In this document: in pieces, positions 63,101 through 64,000 of the stretch
Numbering within the stretch: the first letter of the stretch is position 1
Layout of the letters: each line of letters starts with the position of its first letter
Assembly: GCA_964036045.1 (NCBI GenBank)
Contig: OZ038378.1
Coordinates: 197,656,001 to 197,720,000, forward strand
Length of the DNA: 64,000 nt
Reading direction: 5' to 3'
Source of the DNA: Eutreptiella sp. 'Long Island Sound 2002'
Taxonomy: Eukaryota; Protista; Euglenida
Program-made: the position numbers and the translations under genes
The notes under the pieces: model-generated
Seen by the model: only the letters and a program-made list of their open reading frames with translations
Told to the model about the DNA's origin: nothing
Databases searched by the model: none

Positions 63101-64000
63101 TCACCGCGAATATGTGTTTCTTCATGGCAAGACATTACGGAACTGATCGGCATTGTTTGTTTCACATAGTTGCATGATTGGGGAGAGGGCGCCTTGGTGG
63201 ATGCTTCTCTTTCACAGGTTTCAGCCCAACTCTGCGCTCGACCATGCTTAAAACGCCATGAACTTGAAATTAGCGAGCAGTGGACTCAATATGTGCCTAT
63301 GGACGGTGCCCCAAAACTACGTCCGTTTTTAGTGCAGTTGCATTGGGAAAGGCCCTCCACACACTCAATGTGTGTGCATGAGCTGGCAACCATCTTCCAC
63401 AGTTTTCAACCCACTGTAGCATGTTGTGGGTCACGTACTCCGCGTGCGGTGCTGCATACAAGTCCATTGGGCATTGCAAAGGGTGGTCTCCAAAGAAGCA
63501 TGCTCCTTAGTGAAATGAGATTTTCCCTTTTCTTTGAAAAACCTTTGCTACCCCTCCAATGCAGGAAAACGATGGTGCGCTGCAGCTGTTTCAGAGGAGT
63601 TTGCACCACTTTGTGTAGAGGTAACCCACAGTGTCACGAGAGGCAAAGCCGATATGCCAAATTTTTGTACGTACAGCAAGTACGCACGACTAAAGGACGT
63701 CTCGTCACTGCGGATGGAGCCCTGGAAGGCTCACCTTGATTGAGAGTGTTTTGACAGCGCTGCCCGCCATGAGCTTCTAGAGCTGACACACTCGATGGCA
63801 CACAAGTGTGGGGAACATGTGCGCAATGCATTCCACGCCGTGCATTGCGTGGTTCGTTGTTTCGGGGGGTTGTGTTAGACGTACCGCCTAGAGTAATTTC
63901 CTTGCACACCCATGAACAGTAAACCTTCATTGTGGTCAAAGCATCACTGCACATTTGGACTTGGTAGCTGGTCCGGATTTCTCCCGTCTACTATCCCTAC
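58815..64000 (+). repeat. Third copy of the unit (equivalent to ~6847-12027), running off the window
   Basis: The ORF track repeats at an offset of 51968-51974. Confidence 0.95.

Overview
Eukaryotic nuclear DNA: canonical GT-AG introns, long G/C homopolymers and dense satellites; a protist, possibly euglenid-like, is only a weak guess. No rRNA, tRNA or CRISPR was recognised. Almost the whole window is three in-register, head-to-tail, near-identical pieces of one ~31-kb unit. The period is 35,282 bp, of which 4,158 bp is an insertion plus its flanking duplication. The unit carries two genes. (1) A large gene reconstructable from the copies as SET domain - RecQ-type SF2 helicase with RQC - SWIM-like finger - GCM-like Zn domain - Mutator (MULE) DDE transposase, about 1,750 aa, with one intron and a +1 frameshift inside the helicase. 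(2) A multi-exon Ulp1/C48 protease gene that appears to have a second protease-like domain. The unit also carries ~150-bp satellite arrays arranged as a foldback. Each transposase copy is broken by a different lesion: a 3.6-kb (CTAC)n-tailed insertion with a 571-bp flanking duplication, a deletion, and replacement by 6.8 kb of unrelated repeat DNA. Most short ORFs in the track, and the long ORFs over 2.8-6 kb, are compositional artefacts.
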